From NCBI GenBank assembly GCA_000004985.1, contig GG738880.1: 64,000 nt of DNA; one strand, given 5' to 3'. Made by a program: the position numbers and the translations under genes. This document shows positions 10,515 to 22,093 of this stretch, one piece after another (position 1 is the stretch's first letter; every line of letters starts with the position of its first letter). Source of the stretch: Naegleria gruberi. Lineage: Eukaryota. The notes under the pieces are model-generated. The model ran no database searches, was not told where the DNA came from, and worked only from the letters and a program-made list of their open reading frames with translations.

Positions 10515-11590
10515 TTATTTGAAGAAAATGTTGTATCTCATTGAGAATGATGGACTTGCTATTGGTGAGAGCCCTTCTTCTTTATCTGAAGGTAGAATGA
10601 GAGATGTCTCAGGGTCAAATCTTGGTAGGATGAAACTATCCACTAGTCCTTTAATCTCAGACTCATTAAGGAATGACTCTTCTTTGTTGACTTTTCTTAT
10701 TGGTGTAACATGTGGCGTCTCAGTGATGTTGTTTCTCTCCATCAAGTCAAGAATAATATTATTAGCTGAGGTTAAATCACTGAGAGATTCATTCATTTCC
10801 TCATCAAGATCCTTCATTGTTGTCTCACCATAGAGTTGAATGTTAGAATCTACAATTTCTCTGCTGATTTGAGCAATCTCATCCTCAACAAAATGTTGAT
10901 ATTGAGACTTTACACTTCTCCTTAAAACTTAGGACAGATTATATTTACGTTAACTTACTTTGTCTCGCTATCGCTGATGGCATTCTTCAATTCTGTTTTC
11001 AATTGATCCTTAAAGGTGTCTTTCTTCTTATCCTTCTTTGTAAGGATTGGAGAAGGTAAGAGATCGACATTTTCCTTTTCCTCGTTCGTTTTCAAATTGT
11101 TGCTGGTTGATTGAACAATAATTGGAGGATCAACTGTTGAAACTCTTGATGATTTTCCTCTTTGGAATATCTTGGATTTTTCCTCAATAAACTTGTAAAG
11201 TGGAATGATGGTAATGATGATCATAATGTTTACACTTACATTTGTAATGTCCTTGAGTGACTTTCTCTTGGGTTTCTTCCTGACTGGAGTACTAATATCC
11301 TCCATGATTTCTTCCTTTGGTTTGTTGTCTTTCTTCTTCTTTACCTTCTTGATTTGAGGTTCTTCATCATCAAAGGCTTTTTTCCTTTTGTTAGATTTCA
11401 AAGATGACGAGGGAGGAGGTTGAATAGTTTCACTTGCTGATGGTAAACTAGGTGGTTGAGTTACTAATAGAGATTGAAAGGAAACATCATTAGATTGACT
11501 ACTTGATGATTGAGTATTAATAGCACTTTGTGATGATTGACCCTTAATCTTGCTTTTAAATTGCTCAATTTTTGATTTTGGACCTTTCAT
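10515..11590 (-). CDS. Hypothetical K/S-rich protein with one predicted TM helix. Probable two exons at 11590..10959 and ~10914..10515, with a 38-44-nt intron.
   Basis: The upstream ORF ends ACAAA|gtaagt, and acceptor gagaag| (or ttttaag|) continues in frame through the downstream ORF MKDLDEE.... The TM segment is VSVNIMIIITIIPLY. I recognised no domain. Confidence 0.4.
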
Positions 11591-11642
11591 GGTGGTGTTG
11601 AGTGTTTTTTTTAGGTTGACTTATTAAAATTTGGAGGGAAAT

Positions 11643-12374
11643 TTATTTCTTCTTTGGAGGAGGAACAAGTGGATTGTATCTTTGCTTTACAGGTTTGATT
11701 GCTTTAACAGCATTAATCAATTCTTCAAAATTAAATCTATGAGGTTCCTTATTAAAAACTTCAACAAATGTATGATATAAATTGTCATCCAAATAGAATT
11801 TGTACATAAATCTAGCAAGATCCCTTCCTTCAGCCTTGTTAATATGTGTATCATTGGTTTCTCCTCTCATTAAAACAATTCCTTTGTTTTGAGCAAATTC
11901 CGTATAATGTGATAAAGACATTTGAGGTGAAGCCCATTCTCCTTTTTGTTTAAAATCTCTCATTGCAGTGAATAATACATGTTCCGTTTGGAATTGTAAG
12001 ACAACTGTTTGAAAACCAATATTCTTGAAAACTGGTAAGACAAACATTGGACATTCCTTTGACCTGTGTTTTAAAACTTGATATTGAGAATATGGGACAA
12101 CTTCAGCTAGAATATGTGGATTCATTTCGTGATGTTCTCTCCATATTCTTGTAATTGCTTCCGGACTTTCTCTCTCCACAAGTGGAACTTTAAGAATTTG
12201 ATCCAAAGACTTTGGTCCTGGTGTAACAAATCTAACATTCTCTCTTGTTTGATTAAAAACTCCACATATTGATGATGTAAATTTTGTTTTAAGTAATTTT
12301 GATGATGATGTTTTTGATTGAGTGAGACCAGCCACCGATGGTTTTACTAGTGATTTTGTGATGTTCTTCAACAT
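11643..12374 (-). CDS. ATP11-like mitochondrial F1-ATPase assembly factor (tentative)
   Basis: 243-aa ORF with an S/T-rich presequence-like N-terminus and a C-terminal segment that includes GIVLMRGE. It resembles the ATP11 family from memory only. Confidence 0.45.
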   Translation of the reverse strand: MLKNITKSLVKPSVAGLTQSKTSSSKLLKTKFTSSICGVFNQTRENVRFVTPGPKSLDQILKVPLVERESPEAITRIWREHHEMNPHILAEVVPYSQYQVLKHRSKECPMFVLPVFKNIGFQTVVLQFQTEHVLFTAMRDFKQKGEWASPQMSLSHYTEFAQNKGIVLMRGETNDTHINKAEGRDLARFMYKFYLDDNLYHTFVEVFNKEPHRFNFEELINAVKAIKPVKQRYNPLVPPPKKK

Positions 12375-12942
12375 TTTTTTAAATTGTTGTTCCTATAAAT
12401 AATAATTAAATTATTGTGATGAAGTTAATAAATATAATAATTAAAATATTTGCTAATTGTGTGTAGGTTATGAATAATAAACTCATCAACAAAGCCAGGC
12501 TTGAATATTAAATCCATCAAAATATTATTCCATAACACTGTTGTTACCTGTTCACCAAATCCAAATATTATTTCTCCACTTTTCCATAACGTACATTCAA
12601 AGGTGCTTGTTGTTTTGTTATTTAATGAAGGGACCAACATTTGAAACACACAAGTGGAGATGATTCTTACATGGATTCCCAACAGTGTTGTCTATTGAGT
12701 CTCTTGTATTTTGACCTTTTTGTAATACAATTCAACAGCCAAGACTTAAGAGGCTCTTGGTATTTGTAACAGACATAAAAAAAGCGGTACTTTGAAAAAA
12801 AAATTGTGGTGTACAGATTCGGTACCGTTTGCGCTTCTCTCTCCACCGAATATTGTATATTCATTCTGTTATTGTTGTTGTTATAATATCATCATCATAC
12901 AATTAGTTTTTGTATATATAATTAATTTTCCATCATCAAAAA

Positions 12943-14844
12943 ATGTCTGACCATAACGACGAATTCTTCGATGAAGAAGAAGAAGAATTACACGAAAATG
13001 AAGCCTTCACAAGTATTTGGGATCTCGTTCCTGGTTATACCCAATCACCACTTGATTCCATGCTTGAAAATGAAGAGAATACAACTCTTGAGCAAGTTTT
13101 GGATGAAGATACTATCATTCAAGAATTAAAGTCAGCAAATCATAAAGTCATCGCTTTCCTTAGCAAGGACGAGAATATTGACAAGCTTATACAATACATC
13201 ATCACCGAAGAATATTTGCAACCAGGTCAAACATTAACATCAGCAGATCTTGAAAGAGAAGAAGAGGAATCACTTAAAAGAACTTACAAATATCCATTCA
13301 TCACTTCAGAAATTTTCAACTGTGAGAACGAAGAAATTATTATTCCTATTGTTAAAACCAAAGAAAGAACCATTAATCTCTTCTCCTACCTTCTTAACAA
13401 GGATGAAAACAAGACACCAAAGAATCCATCTCTTTCCCAATACTTTGTTAAAGCTGTTTCAACCCTTTTGCAAAAGTACTATAAGGACATTGTTGATTCC
13501 TTGATGGATAAGCACAGCGAAGAGTTTAACATTTTAAAGTTATTTTTCACAGAACACATTGGATTATGTGATATGGACTCTCTCATCTTGAGAGTTTTAG
13601 GATTCGAAACATCAGAAGATAGCTTTGATCAAGATGCTTTTGGTGGATTTGCTACACAACAAAGAATTCGTGAATTGTTCTTAATGAAGCAAAGAGGAAA
13701 TGATCAAGAACTCCAACAAAAGAGAAAGCAAGTTAGAGAGTGGGCACTTAATAATAACTTCTTTGATTTGATTTTGAAAAAGCTCGAACAAAGTTTAGAT
13801 AATGAAGAAGTTCAAAGAAATACCTTCAGTCTCCTCTCCCAAATTGTAGAAAAGGGATACAATAATTCCAACGAATTGACAATCACCTTGTTATCTGAAA
13901 AACATTTGAATACTATTTTGGATATTATTTTTAAGAATTTGAACTCCACGATATTGGTACACGCAATACCTTTCTTACGTGTTGTTATCTCCGCCAATGA
14001 AGATTCAGAGGAATCCGATGCTGACGAATCAGATGACGAGACTGTTAATAGGGGTTCTAGCCATATCTTCATTTCCAAAGTCATTCCAATAATTCTCTCC
14101 CGTACAAAACAATTCCTTTCTCTCCTTAATGATACAGAGTTTGTTTCTAACATCTCAAAGCTTGAACTTTCTCATGCTGTTTTGGATCCACCACTCGGTG
14201 AAACTAGATTGAAGATTGTTGAACATTTACTTACAATTTTCAAAGTTACACAATCTAATACTGAATATCAAAAAGAATTAGCTTCTCTAGGTGTTATGGG
14301 AGTTCTTATTGATTTATTCTTCAAATATGAATTCAATTCCATGCTTCACTGTCTTGTTTTTGATATGATCAAGATTGTTCTCACAGGAACTAATTCAGAA
14401 ATGAAGATGTCTCTTTTGGTTGATACTGAATTATGTCAAAAGATCTTAAAGGCCCATGAAAAGAATAAGGCTGTTATTCAAAAACCAAAGGGTGCTAGCT
14501 TAGGTTTGATGGGATTTGTCATTGAAATTTCTAATTTACTGAAGAAACTCAGTGAAATTAATCCTGATATTGCTAAGCATTTGTCCTCCATTGAAGGATG
14601 GAAAGAATTTACCTCTGGATTTTTACAAGAGAGAAATATCCAAAATGAAAAACAATTAGGTGGACCAGTTCCAATTGGTACTTTTGGAGGTGCTAGCTAT
14701 ATGGGAGAAGATGATGACGATGATGATTATGGTTATGATGAAGATGATAGTTCAGACTCTGATGAAGAAGTTATCGTAAGAAGAGGATCCGATTCAGACT
14801 CTGATGAAGATGATGATGGTGAAGTCATTAGAAAACACTATTAA
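12943..14844 (+). CDS. SAPS-domain protein (SIT4/PP6 phosphatase regulatory subunit-like)
   Basis: The N-terminal 400 aa match the SAPS family layout: LEQVLDEDTIIQELKSANHKVIAFL...YKYPFITSEIFNCENEEI...LFSYLL...ILKLFFTEHIG. The C-terminus is an acidic D/E/S tail. Confidence 0.75.
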   Translation: MSDHNDEFFDEEEEELHENEAFTSIWDLVPGYTQSPLDSMLENEENTTLEQVLDEDTIIQELKSANHKVIAFLSKDENIDKLIQYIITEEYLQPGQTLTSADLEREEEESLKRTYKYPFITSEIFNCENEEIIIPIVKTKERTINLFSYLLNKDENKTPKNPSLSQYFVKAVSTLLQKYYKDIVDSLMDKHSEEFNILKLFFTEHIGLCDMDSLILRVLGFETSEDSFDQDAFGGFATQQRIRELFLMKQRGNDQELQQKRKQVREWALNNNFFDLILKKLEQSLDNEEVQRNTFSLLSQIVEKGYNNSNELTITLLSEKHLNTILDIIFKNLNSTILVHAIPFLRVVISANEDSEESDADESDDETVNRGSSHIFISKVIPIILSRTKQFLSLLNDTEFVSNISKLELSHAVLDPPLGETRLKIVEHLLTIFKVTQSNTEYQKELASLGVMGVLIDLFFKYEFNSMLHCLVFDMIKIVLTGTNSEMKMSLLVDTELCQKILKAHEKNKAVIQKPKGASLGLMGFVIEISNLLKKLSEINPDIAKHLSSIEGWKEFTSGFLQERNIQNEKQLGGPVPIGTFGGASYMGEDDDDDDYGYDEDDSSDSDEEVIVRRGSDSDSDEDDDGEVIRKHY

Positions 14845-14953
14845 ATTGTAATTTCAACCTTATAAAATTTTAAACTATCAATTATTGTAGATTTTCTAAG
14901 AATAACTGAAAAACCTCAATACAACAACCAATTTTGATTTCCCTCCAAAAAAA

Positions 14954-16584
14954 ATGTCATCAGCAGATATCTATGTAACGACTAGTGATTTGAAGAAGGA
15001 TTATATGGCCTTCAGTTTCATGTGTGATAGACAACCAAAGGAAGAGGTAATTTATGGTATTCATCACTTTATTGAGGGAAAGGAAAATATAACTACTAAG
15101 GAAGAAGATACTCCACCTCCTGCTTCCGAAAGAGAATATCAAGGAATTTCCGATGAGGAAGATGAACAAGATAATGAAAGCAAAAAACAGGCATCATTGG
15201 AACTTTCTGAAACTGATAAAAGAAATAATGTTTTAAAAAGGATGCAAGTGGATAGTTTTTCAGATCTTGACTCGGAAGAAGCTTCAAAAATTCAGACAGA
15301 AATTGTTATTTACAGATCGAATCCTCGGTTGGACATTGTGGATATGGTTTCTCTTTCGAAATCTATTACATTTGTTCCGTTTGATTTTGTTAATCTCAAG
15401 TATGTATTGAGTAGTTGTTTATTTCTAAAACATTTTTGTTTAGATTGATTTCGTGTGGATTGAGTTCGGCTTCTCTACGAGTTCTTGGCCTAGCCCTAAC
15501 TCATAAAAAGACTTTGAGATATTTGAGTGTGGAAATGAACCCTCTAAAAGAGACTCATGAGGCTAGAGATGATAAATTAATGCACGATATTCCAGCTCTT
15601 GGAAAGCTCTATAATACTATCCTTCCAAGAGTGAAAGAGGAACCTGAGGAGGAAAAGAAAAAAACAGTAAAAAAGGATAAAAAAGCAGAGGAAGTTTCAC
15701 CAGAAGTTAAATCATTCCTGGAAAAGTATTGTGGACCAAATTCGAGCCCATTTGCTCCATTATTCATGACAAGTGCCAAATATCTATCACTGAGAGGAAA
15801 CAATCTTTCTGATGATGACGCTGTTTGTATTGCGGAATTACTGAAAAGTGACAGTGAGATTTTCTCCCTTAATTTATGGGGAAATCGTATTGGAGATGTT
15901 GGAGGAGTAGCTCTCGCTAAGAGTTTGAGAACAAATCAAAAATTGCTTTCACTAAGCTTGGCTATGAATAGAATTGGAGATGAAACATTCATGGAAATAT
16001 GTAAAACAATGGCTCCTCTTGATATTTATGATGAGAATGAGTTCCAGACAATCAGAGAAAATGCCTATTTGAGTTTTTATGGAGCTCAAAATATACAAAG
16101 AGATCAAAGTACCAATTCTCTACTGATACCAGCAGTTCCTCCTCATTTACAACCTCCTGAAACTAATGATAAGAAAAAGAAACCACCATCCAAACCAGTC
16201 AAGGTAAATCCAAACGAGAAGGAACTGATAGAATGGGACAGTAAAACATCTCGATATACCTATGAAGAAGTGGTGGAACCACCAAAGACATTAGGTGTAA
16301 AAACTGCCTCTAAATCCAATTCCAAACAAAATGTTACAACTGTTACTGAACCAAAGGTCGCTGAGCCTCTAAAACCAATTTACAAAATACCTGGAAATAG
16401 CTTATTAAGAAATATCAATCTGAGTGCTAATATTGACGTAACAGATGATGGAGCTCAATACTTTGTTGACGCTCCAATAGGCATCAGTTCAAATCTATGT
16501 AGAATATCTCTCAGTGATACCTCTGTTTCATTGCCAGTCTTTGAAAGACTTGTCAGTAAACTTCTTTCTGGCAAGGAAGAATAA
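14954..16584 (+). CDS. Leucine-rich-repeat protein (RNI-like LRR). Exons 14954..15399 and 15444..16584, intron 15400..15443 (44 nt, GTATGT donor).
   Basis: CTCAA|gtatgt...ttgtttag|A joins the two ORFs in frame (…NLK|KLISCGLSSASLRVL…). The LRR_RI-type repeats include LRGNNLSDDDAVCIAELLKSD..LNLWGNRIGDVGGVALAKSL..LSLAMNRIGD. Confidence 0.65.
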
Positions 16585-16669
16585 ATTTCACAAATATTGT
16601 AACGAAACTGCAATTTTTCTTACATTCCTAATAGGCAAGTTCTCCTTATAGAGAGAATACCGAAAAAAA

Positions 16670-17686
16670 ATGAAAAATTCATCATCTTCCTCACTACACT
16701 CTCTGAATTCAGAGCAGACAATCGGAAGACAACACGAAGAAGGTTTATCGACCAGTTCCGAACAGGAATTATATAATCGTCCCGTAGGAGGAACAGAATT
16801 TAATGCAGAGTTTAATAATATTAGTAATTTATCAATTGTGGAGATGGATCAAATGATTGAACATTTTAAAAAACAAATTTCCTATCTGGAAAAACAAAGA
16901 GAAAGAAAGATTACGGCCATGTGTGGAAAGAATGTTGGCTCGTCATTAAATTTCTCGTCCATTATTAAAATGTACATTCAGAAAATTGTGCCTAATGCCT
17001 TTTCCGAATCGAGATTTTATAATTTATTTATGGTGGAATTGTTGGAAATGGTAATAACTCAGACAATTGTTCTGTTTGGAGTTGTTTGTTTTTGGAGGGG
17101 TATTTGGGGTTTGGCTGATTTTTATATTCATTATGAGGATAATAATAGTACTTTGAGACTTGGGTGGACAACTTTAATGATTGGAGTGGTTGGTTCATTT
17201 ATTACTCAAACAGGTTCTGTTTTGGTTACTAGATTGGGAATATTAAATTTACTGGTTTCAAATTTTGAAAGTGATGCCAAATTGGAGACTGCTCAGGCAT
17301 CTTACTCTGCAGATAGAGGGACAACTTCTCAAGTTGGTAAGAAGCATGCAAGTTTGTGGATTCGTCTTGCCATGAAGCTCTATACCTATATTGTTGCCAT
17401 CTCAATTATTTTGTGTTGGAAGGGATCTTGGATGGTTATGGATGGATATTTTGAGAAATGGTTCAAAGATACATTTGTCACTAATTGGATTTCTCATATT
17501 ATTGCTGCCCTAGTTTTGATTTGGTTCTATACATTCAGAAGTGTTTTGTCACCAGCTTCTATGGATAGAGAAAATCATTTCGAATCACTTATTGTTTCAA
17601 AGTGGAGTGGTTTGTCAAGACCACTCGTCAAGGAATGGGCCAAGAGCTTTATTTCTAAAAACAAGGATTTTGCAGAAAATGCTTAG
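16670..17686 (+). CDS. Hypothetical multi-pass membrane protein with an internal duplication
   Basis: 338-aa ORF. Two repeated hydrophobic modules carry WRGIWGLADFY and WKGSWMVMDGYF. The N-terminus is serine-rich. Confidence 0.4.
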   Translation: MKNSSSSSLHSLNSEQTIGRQHEEGLSTSSEQELYNRPVGGTEFNAEFNNISNLSIVEMDQMIEHFKKQISYLEKQRERKITAMCGKNVGSSLNFSSIIKMYIQKIVPNAFSESRFYNLFMVELLEMVITQTIVLFGVVCFWRGIWGLADFYIHYEDNNSTLRLGWTTLMIGVVGSFITQTGSVLVTRLGILNLLVSNFESDAKLETAQASYSADRGTTSQVGKKHASLWIRLAMKLYTYIVAISIILCWKGSWMVMDGYFEKWFKDTFVTNWISHIIAALVLIWFYTFRSVLSPASMDRENHFESLIVSKWSGLSRPLVKEWAKSFISKNKDFAENA

Positions 17687-17704
17687 AGTTTTACCCATAG
17701 TGAT

Positions 17705-19067
17705 CTAGAGATCATCGACACTACTCTCTGCATTTCCTGCATTTCTTAGAATACTTTTCATTAATAAATCAAAGCTTTGAGAATCTTTTCCATTCACAAA
17801 CTCCTCTGCATTATTAAGAACCAACGTAGCTCTAGAATCCTTAACCATCTGATAAGGATGTAAGACATAAGATCTAATGGTATTTCCACCGAATTGGTTT
17901 GCTTCACTCTCAAGTCTGGCAACATCTTTGATTTCTTTCACTTTTTTCACTCTTTCTATTTCTTGGAGTCTGGAACGAAGCTGATTGATAGCTTGATCCT
18001 TGTTTTGATGTTGTGATCTTCCTGCAATACATTGAACTTTAACACCAGTTGGAATGTGTGTGATTCTCACACCAGATTCTGTCTTGTTGGCGTGTTGTCC
18101 ACCCTTTGTCGCTGTTTGAAGAGTAAACTAAATTATGATATTACGAACTTACCAGCCCTTATTGTGTCTATTTTCAAATCCTTCTCGGGCAATTGTTGAA
18201 ATATTGAGCTAGTATCGTCTCCATCTGCTGCAGGGTATACTCGAACACTGCTGAATGATGTCTGTCTTTTATGCTAATCGTGGTTGAATATTAAACTCAA
18301 TATTGGATACTTACATCGGCATTGAAAGGTGACAACCTGACAAGCCTATGGACGCCTTGCTCATGCTTAAGATATCCATAGGCATATCTTCCAGATATGA
18401 ACAATAAAGCACTTCTTATTCCTGTTTCCTTGAAAGAAGTGTCTTCCAATGTAACCTCAAAGGAAGATAATTCAGAACCTCTTAAACAATTTATATACAT
18501 ATTCAATAACATTTGAGACCAGTCAGATGCATCCTCTCCACCAGCACCCGTGTGAATTTCCAAATAACAATCCTTTGAATCATGTGGACCAGACAAAAAT
18601 GACTCAATTTCCTTTTTTTCTAAAACATTTATCAGATCACTCAACGATTTTTGAATATATTCAATCATTTCCTTATCATTTTCCATTTCAGAGAGCTTTA
18701 ATAATTCCTCATTATTGTTGATATCAGCAATAGTGTTATCAATAAAATTCAACTGATCTTCCAACATATTTTGCTTCCTAATAATATTTTGTGCATTAGA
18801 GTCACTCCAAAAATCAGGAGAACTTGTCACCTTCTTTAATTTTGAATATTCATCTTGAATAGAATCTCTATTCCAATTATGAATTATATTTGAATAGATT
18901 GTTCTTGCACTTTCAATCAGTGCATTGTTACTAATAATATTATCGGAACATAATTTAATATTTTGATGATAATTCCTCCTCGGAGCCTGTACACACTCCA
19001 TCAAGCTAAACCTATTTTTGCAGCAACAAGTTTTCTGCAATGATCTTCTAAGAATCAATTTGTACAT
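17705..19067 (-). CDS. Organellar class-I peptide chain release factor, RF2 type (SPF motif). Exons 19067..18315, 18273..18153 and 18111..17705, with introns of 41 and 41 nt.
   Basis: Contains a PCRF-like segment LEIHTGAGGEDASDWSQMLLNMY, then the codon-recognition region YLKHEQGVHRLVRLSPFNAD|HKRQTSFSSVRVYP, then ...GGQHANKTESGVRITHIPTGVKVQCIAGRSQHQNKDQA with the GGQ motif. GAT|gtaagt...gattag| and G|gtaagt...aaacag| restore the frame across the three ORF pieces. Confidence 0.85.
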
Positions 19068-19137
19068 TTTTTTAAATATAATATTTAATAAATATTATGA
19101 TGATGAATATTATAATAATAAATATTAATAATTATGT

Positions 19138-20094
19138 TCAGCTTTCTTCATCAGAAGACTGTTCACTACCATTAGAATTAAAATAACTATTATTAGGATT
19201 ATTTAAAAGTTTCATCAATTGAGCCAAAGTAGTAACATGTGAAACTTGAATAATGGCAAATATTATATCGAATAAACACAAATAAATAACAAATAATCCA
19301 GGATGATTATCGAATAGAGTAATAGATTCCGAATCAATTCTAATTGCTTGTTGACTTTCATATACTTTCTTTTGTAAAATAATATCCATAATTTGCTTCA
19401 CTTCTTGTTGATTCGTTTTGAATTTCATATCAAAGTGTTTCTCAATAATTTGATCCTGTTCTGTTTCAATAATATTTTGATCTGGAAAGTAAACTCCAAC
19501 TTTAACATTATCAAAAATCTTCTTCTTACTAGTGAAGAGATTTTCCTGCTCGAAAAAGTCAATCAATTCAAAGTATTCATTCTCCTTCTTGTAGAGTTTT
19601 GAACGTCTGTAGTAATTTTCATTGCTCACATAATTTGCAATATGAATATAGAGGAGAGGTAAAACAATGATCAGCACGAGAGAAATCTTCTTCTTCAAAT
19701 TCATATTCTTAAAGACTCTACCGAGGATGGTTGGTTGGGTGGAATGAACAAATGAATAGTACATGAGCATACTTTGGAAAACTCTGAGACCCAGAACGAA
19801 TATCGAATCATCAAGATAGAAGGAATAAATTCCCTCTATCAGAAGGATCCTATTGGTAAAATGTACAGATTCATAGAGTTCTTTTCGTAGAGTATTGTTT
19901 TGATTATCCATTGTGATGTGATTATCAAATTGATTAGAGGGATCAGAATTGGAAAGTGGTGATTCAAGACCTGATGATGAGTTTTCGGAATTATCTTCCA
20001 TGTCAACAATGTGATGATCTTCATCACTGTTTGGATGGAGAACAATTCGATGATTAATGGAGGGATGTTGTGATGACATTTTTTTGAAAATCAA
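19138..20094 (-). CDS. Hypothetical membrane protein
   Basis: 318-aa ORF with hydrophobic helices in the middle and at the C-terminus. The N-terminus is low-complexity. I recognised no domain. Confidence 0.35.
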   Translation of the reverse strand: MIFKKMSSQHPSINHRIVLHPNSDEDHHIVDMEDNSENSSSGLESPLSNSDPSNQFDNHITMDNQNNTLRKELYESVHFTNRILLIEGIYSFYLDDSIFVLGLRVFQSMLMYYSFVHSTQPTILGRVFKNMNLKKKISLVLIIVLPLLYIHIANYVSNENYYRRSKLYKKENEYFELIDFFEQENLFTSKKKIFDNVKVGVYFPDQNIIETEQDQIIEKHFDMKFKTNQQEVKQIMDIILQKKVYESQQAIRIDSESITLFDNHPGLFVIYLCLFDIIFAIIQVSHVTTLAQLMKLLNNPNNSYFNSNGSEQSSDEES

Positions 20095-20146
20095 TTATTT
20101 GCAATATTTATTTAATATTTAATATAAATAATATTTAAATTAATAA

Positions 20147-21808
20147 TTAATTTTTGGATGGTCTAATTGAAACTTCCAAATCATCATCGGATTCATCACT
20201 AAGAATTTCTGCCATTTGAACTATTGGTTTCTTGTTACTTGGTACTTCTGATCTATTTGGATCATTGGTTGTAAAGAATGGTAAAAAGTATTCCTTATCT
20301 AACTTGTCAATGGATGATTCTTCCTCATTGTGGTCCAGTGTTGGAATTTCTCTGGTTGGAGTGTTTGAATTATTGCTTTCAGTGTCATTTCTATACAAGT
20401 ATCTGATAAGTGGTGAGATACCTCCCCCAAAAACGAGAATTGACAATAACACGACCACAAGAGTTGTGGTTACTATGGTATTTTTGTATTCTGTTTCAGT
20501 AAGACTCAATGCAAGGGCAAGAGAAATAACACCACGCATTCCACACCATGTCAATATAAGTTGTGAATTTTTAGATATTTTGGCATCGAAAAAGTTATTG
20601 AGAATGTATGTAATTGGGAAAATATTTGCAATTCTTCCTAAAATGCAAAGAATAATTGCCAAGAAAATCATTCCAAAGTGGAATCTATGAGTGTAAGTAA
20701 ATGTTGCTAATCCCAGATATAAAAATACTATTGTCTCACAAATGTATGAGAACATCATTAGGGCCTGATCGATGGTAATACTAGTTTTCTTACTCAAATT
20801 GAGTCTCGTATAGTGACTGTTCACAATTGAGGATGATAGCAGAGCAAGGATTCCTGATAATTCCAAACCTTCAGATAAAAAGTAAGGGAGAACGGAGGTG
20901 ATAACCATTAGGGTAATTTCCAATGAAGGATATTTGTAAAATTGGAGGTATTTAAAGATTAATGCAGAAAGAAGAGCGATCACCACTCCAATAATTAAAG
21001 ATCCAAAGAATGACAATAATAAATGGTTCATAAAGCTAATGGCGGATGAAGAGAATGAAATGGTTTTCGCTGATGGAAATCTAGCATATGTATCAAAGGA
21101 TCTAAATAAAAGCATTGCTGCAACATCGTTCAATGTACTTTCTCCAAATACTAAAATAGATATTTTACCAGTTCTCTTCTCCCCAAAGTCTTCCTTAATT
21201 CCACTGAATACTGTTAAAGCAGCAATAGGATCCACACTAGAAATAAGACTTGCAAATGCAAATGAATCAATCCAAGGTATTATCCCAAATATTCCAATTC
21301 CTATACCGATTACTAATGTAGATATAATTGTTCCAGCTATTGCATACCATAGAATACTAATAATATTTCCAAAGAAGTTTCCTTTTGATAAATTATACCC
21401 AGACTCGAAAATAATAGGAGGAAGTAAAAAGAGGAAGAAAATGTCACTTTCTAATTTAAAAATGTTTCCACTTTCAATACCAAAGTAGCTAATAACTAAA
21501 CCCATTATCATTCCGATAGCTATTGTAATTATACTATCGGGAAGAAAATTAATTTTAAATTGAAGAAAGAAATAAGTAGCAAAGATGATGACCAGCATGG
21601 TTGCAGTTATGAGAAAAACATTCACCGATTCTTGCCTACTTTCGTTACTTGTATTTACAGGTTGTGGTGGTGTGGTTTCTGGTTTCTTTTCTGTAGCTGG
21701 TTTTTCTTCTTCTCCGAAGACAGCACTGCTTTGTACGAAGAGTATACAAGCAATCAGCAGTAGCACAACAAGAGTGAAGAGAATCCTCCTACTGTATTGC
21801 ATTGCCAT
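20147..21808 (-). CDS. Na+/H+ exchanger (CPA1/NHE family)
   Basis: 553-aa polytopic protein with an N-terminal signal or TM segment. It has the NHE-type segments FGESTLNDVAAMLLF and LTWCGMRGVISLALAL, and a hydrophilic C-terminal tail. Confidence 0.8.
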   Translation of the reverse strand: MAMQYSRRILFTLVVLLLIACILFVQSSAVFGEEEKPATEKKPETTPPQPVNTSNESRQESVNVFLITATMLVIIFATYFFLQFKINFLPDSIITIAIGMIMGLVISYFGIESGNIFKLESDIFFLFLLPPIIFESGYNLSKGNFFGNIISILWYAIAGTIISTLVIGIGIGIFGIIPWIDSFAFASLISSVDPIAALTVFSGIKEDFGEKRTGKISILVFGESTLNDVAAMLLFRSFDTYARFPSAKTISFSSSAISFMNHLLLSFFGSLIIGVVIALLSALIFKYLQFYKYPSLEITLMVITSVLPYFLSEGLELSGILALLSSSIVNSHYTRLNLSKKTSITIDQALMMFSYICETIVFLYLGLATFTYTHRFHFGMIFLAIILCILGRIANIFPITYILNNFFDAKISKNSQLILTWCGMRGVISLALALSLTETEYKNTIVTTTLVVVLLSILVFGGGISPLIRYLYRNDTESNNSNTPTREIPTLDHNEEESSIDKLDKEYFLPFFTTNDPNRSEVPSNKKPIVQMAEILSDESDDDLEVSIRPSKN

Positions 21809-22093
21809 TTTTTTGAAGAGTTTTATTATATAAATTATTACGAATTACAAATTCGAAACAAGACACACTGTGGATTTGTGGTTTGACCTCTCAATTTCTT
21901 AGCTTGTTTTGAGCTGATTGTTCACAAGTTACAAGTTGACTGTGTCTGTTAAAATTTAAGCAACGAATTTTGAGAGAAGTTTCTTTCTTCATCCTTAAAT
22001 GAGCATCCCGCCAAAATTAAAACTACAGTTATTATTCTGCCGTTAAGTTGTCTCGAAACATTTTAAAAAAATTAGAACGAGTGTATTGTTGGC

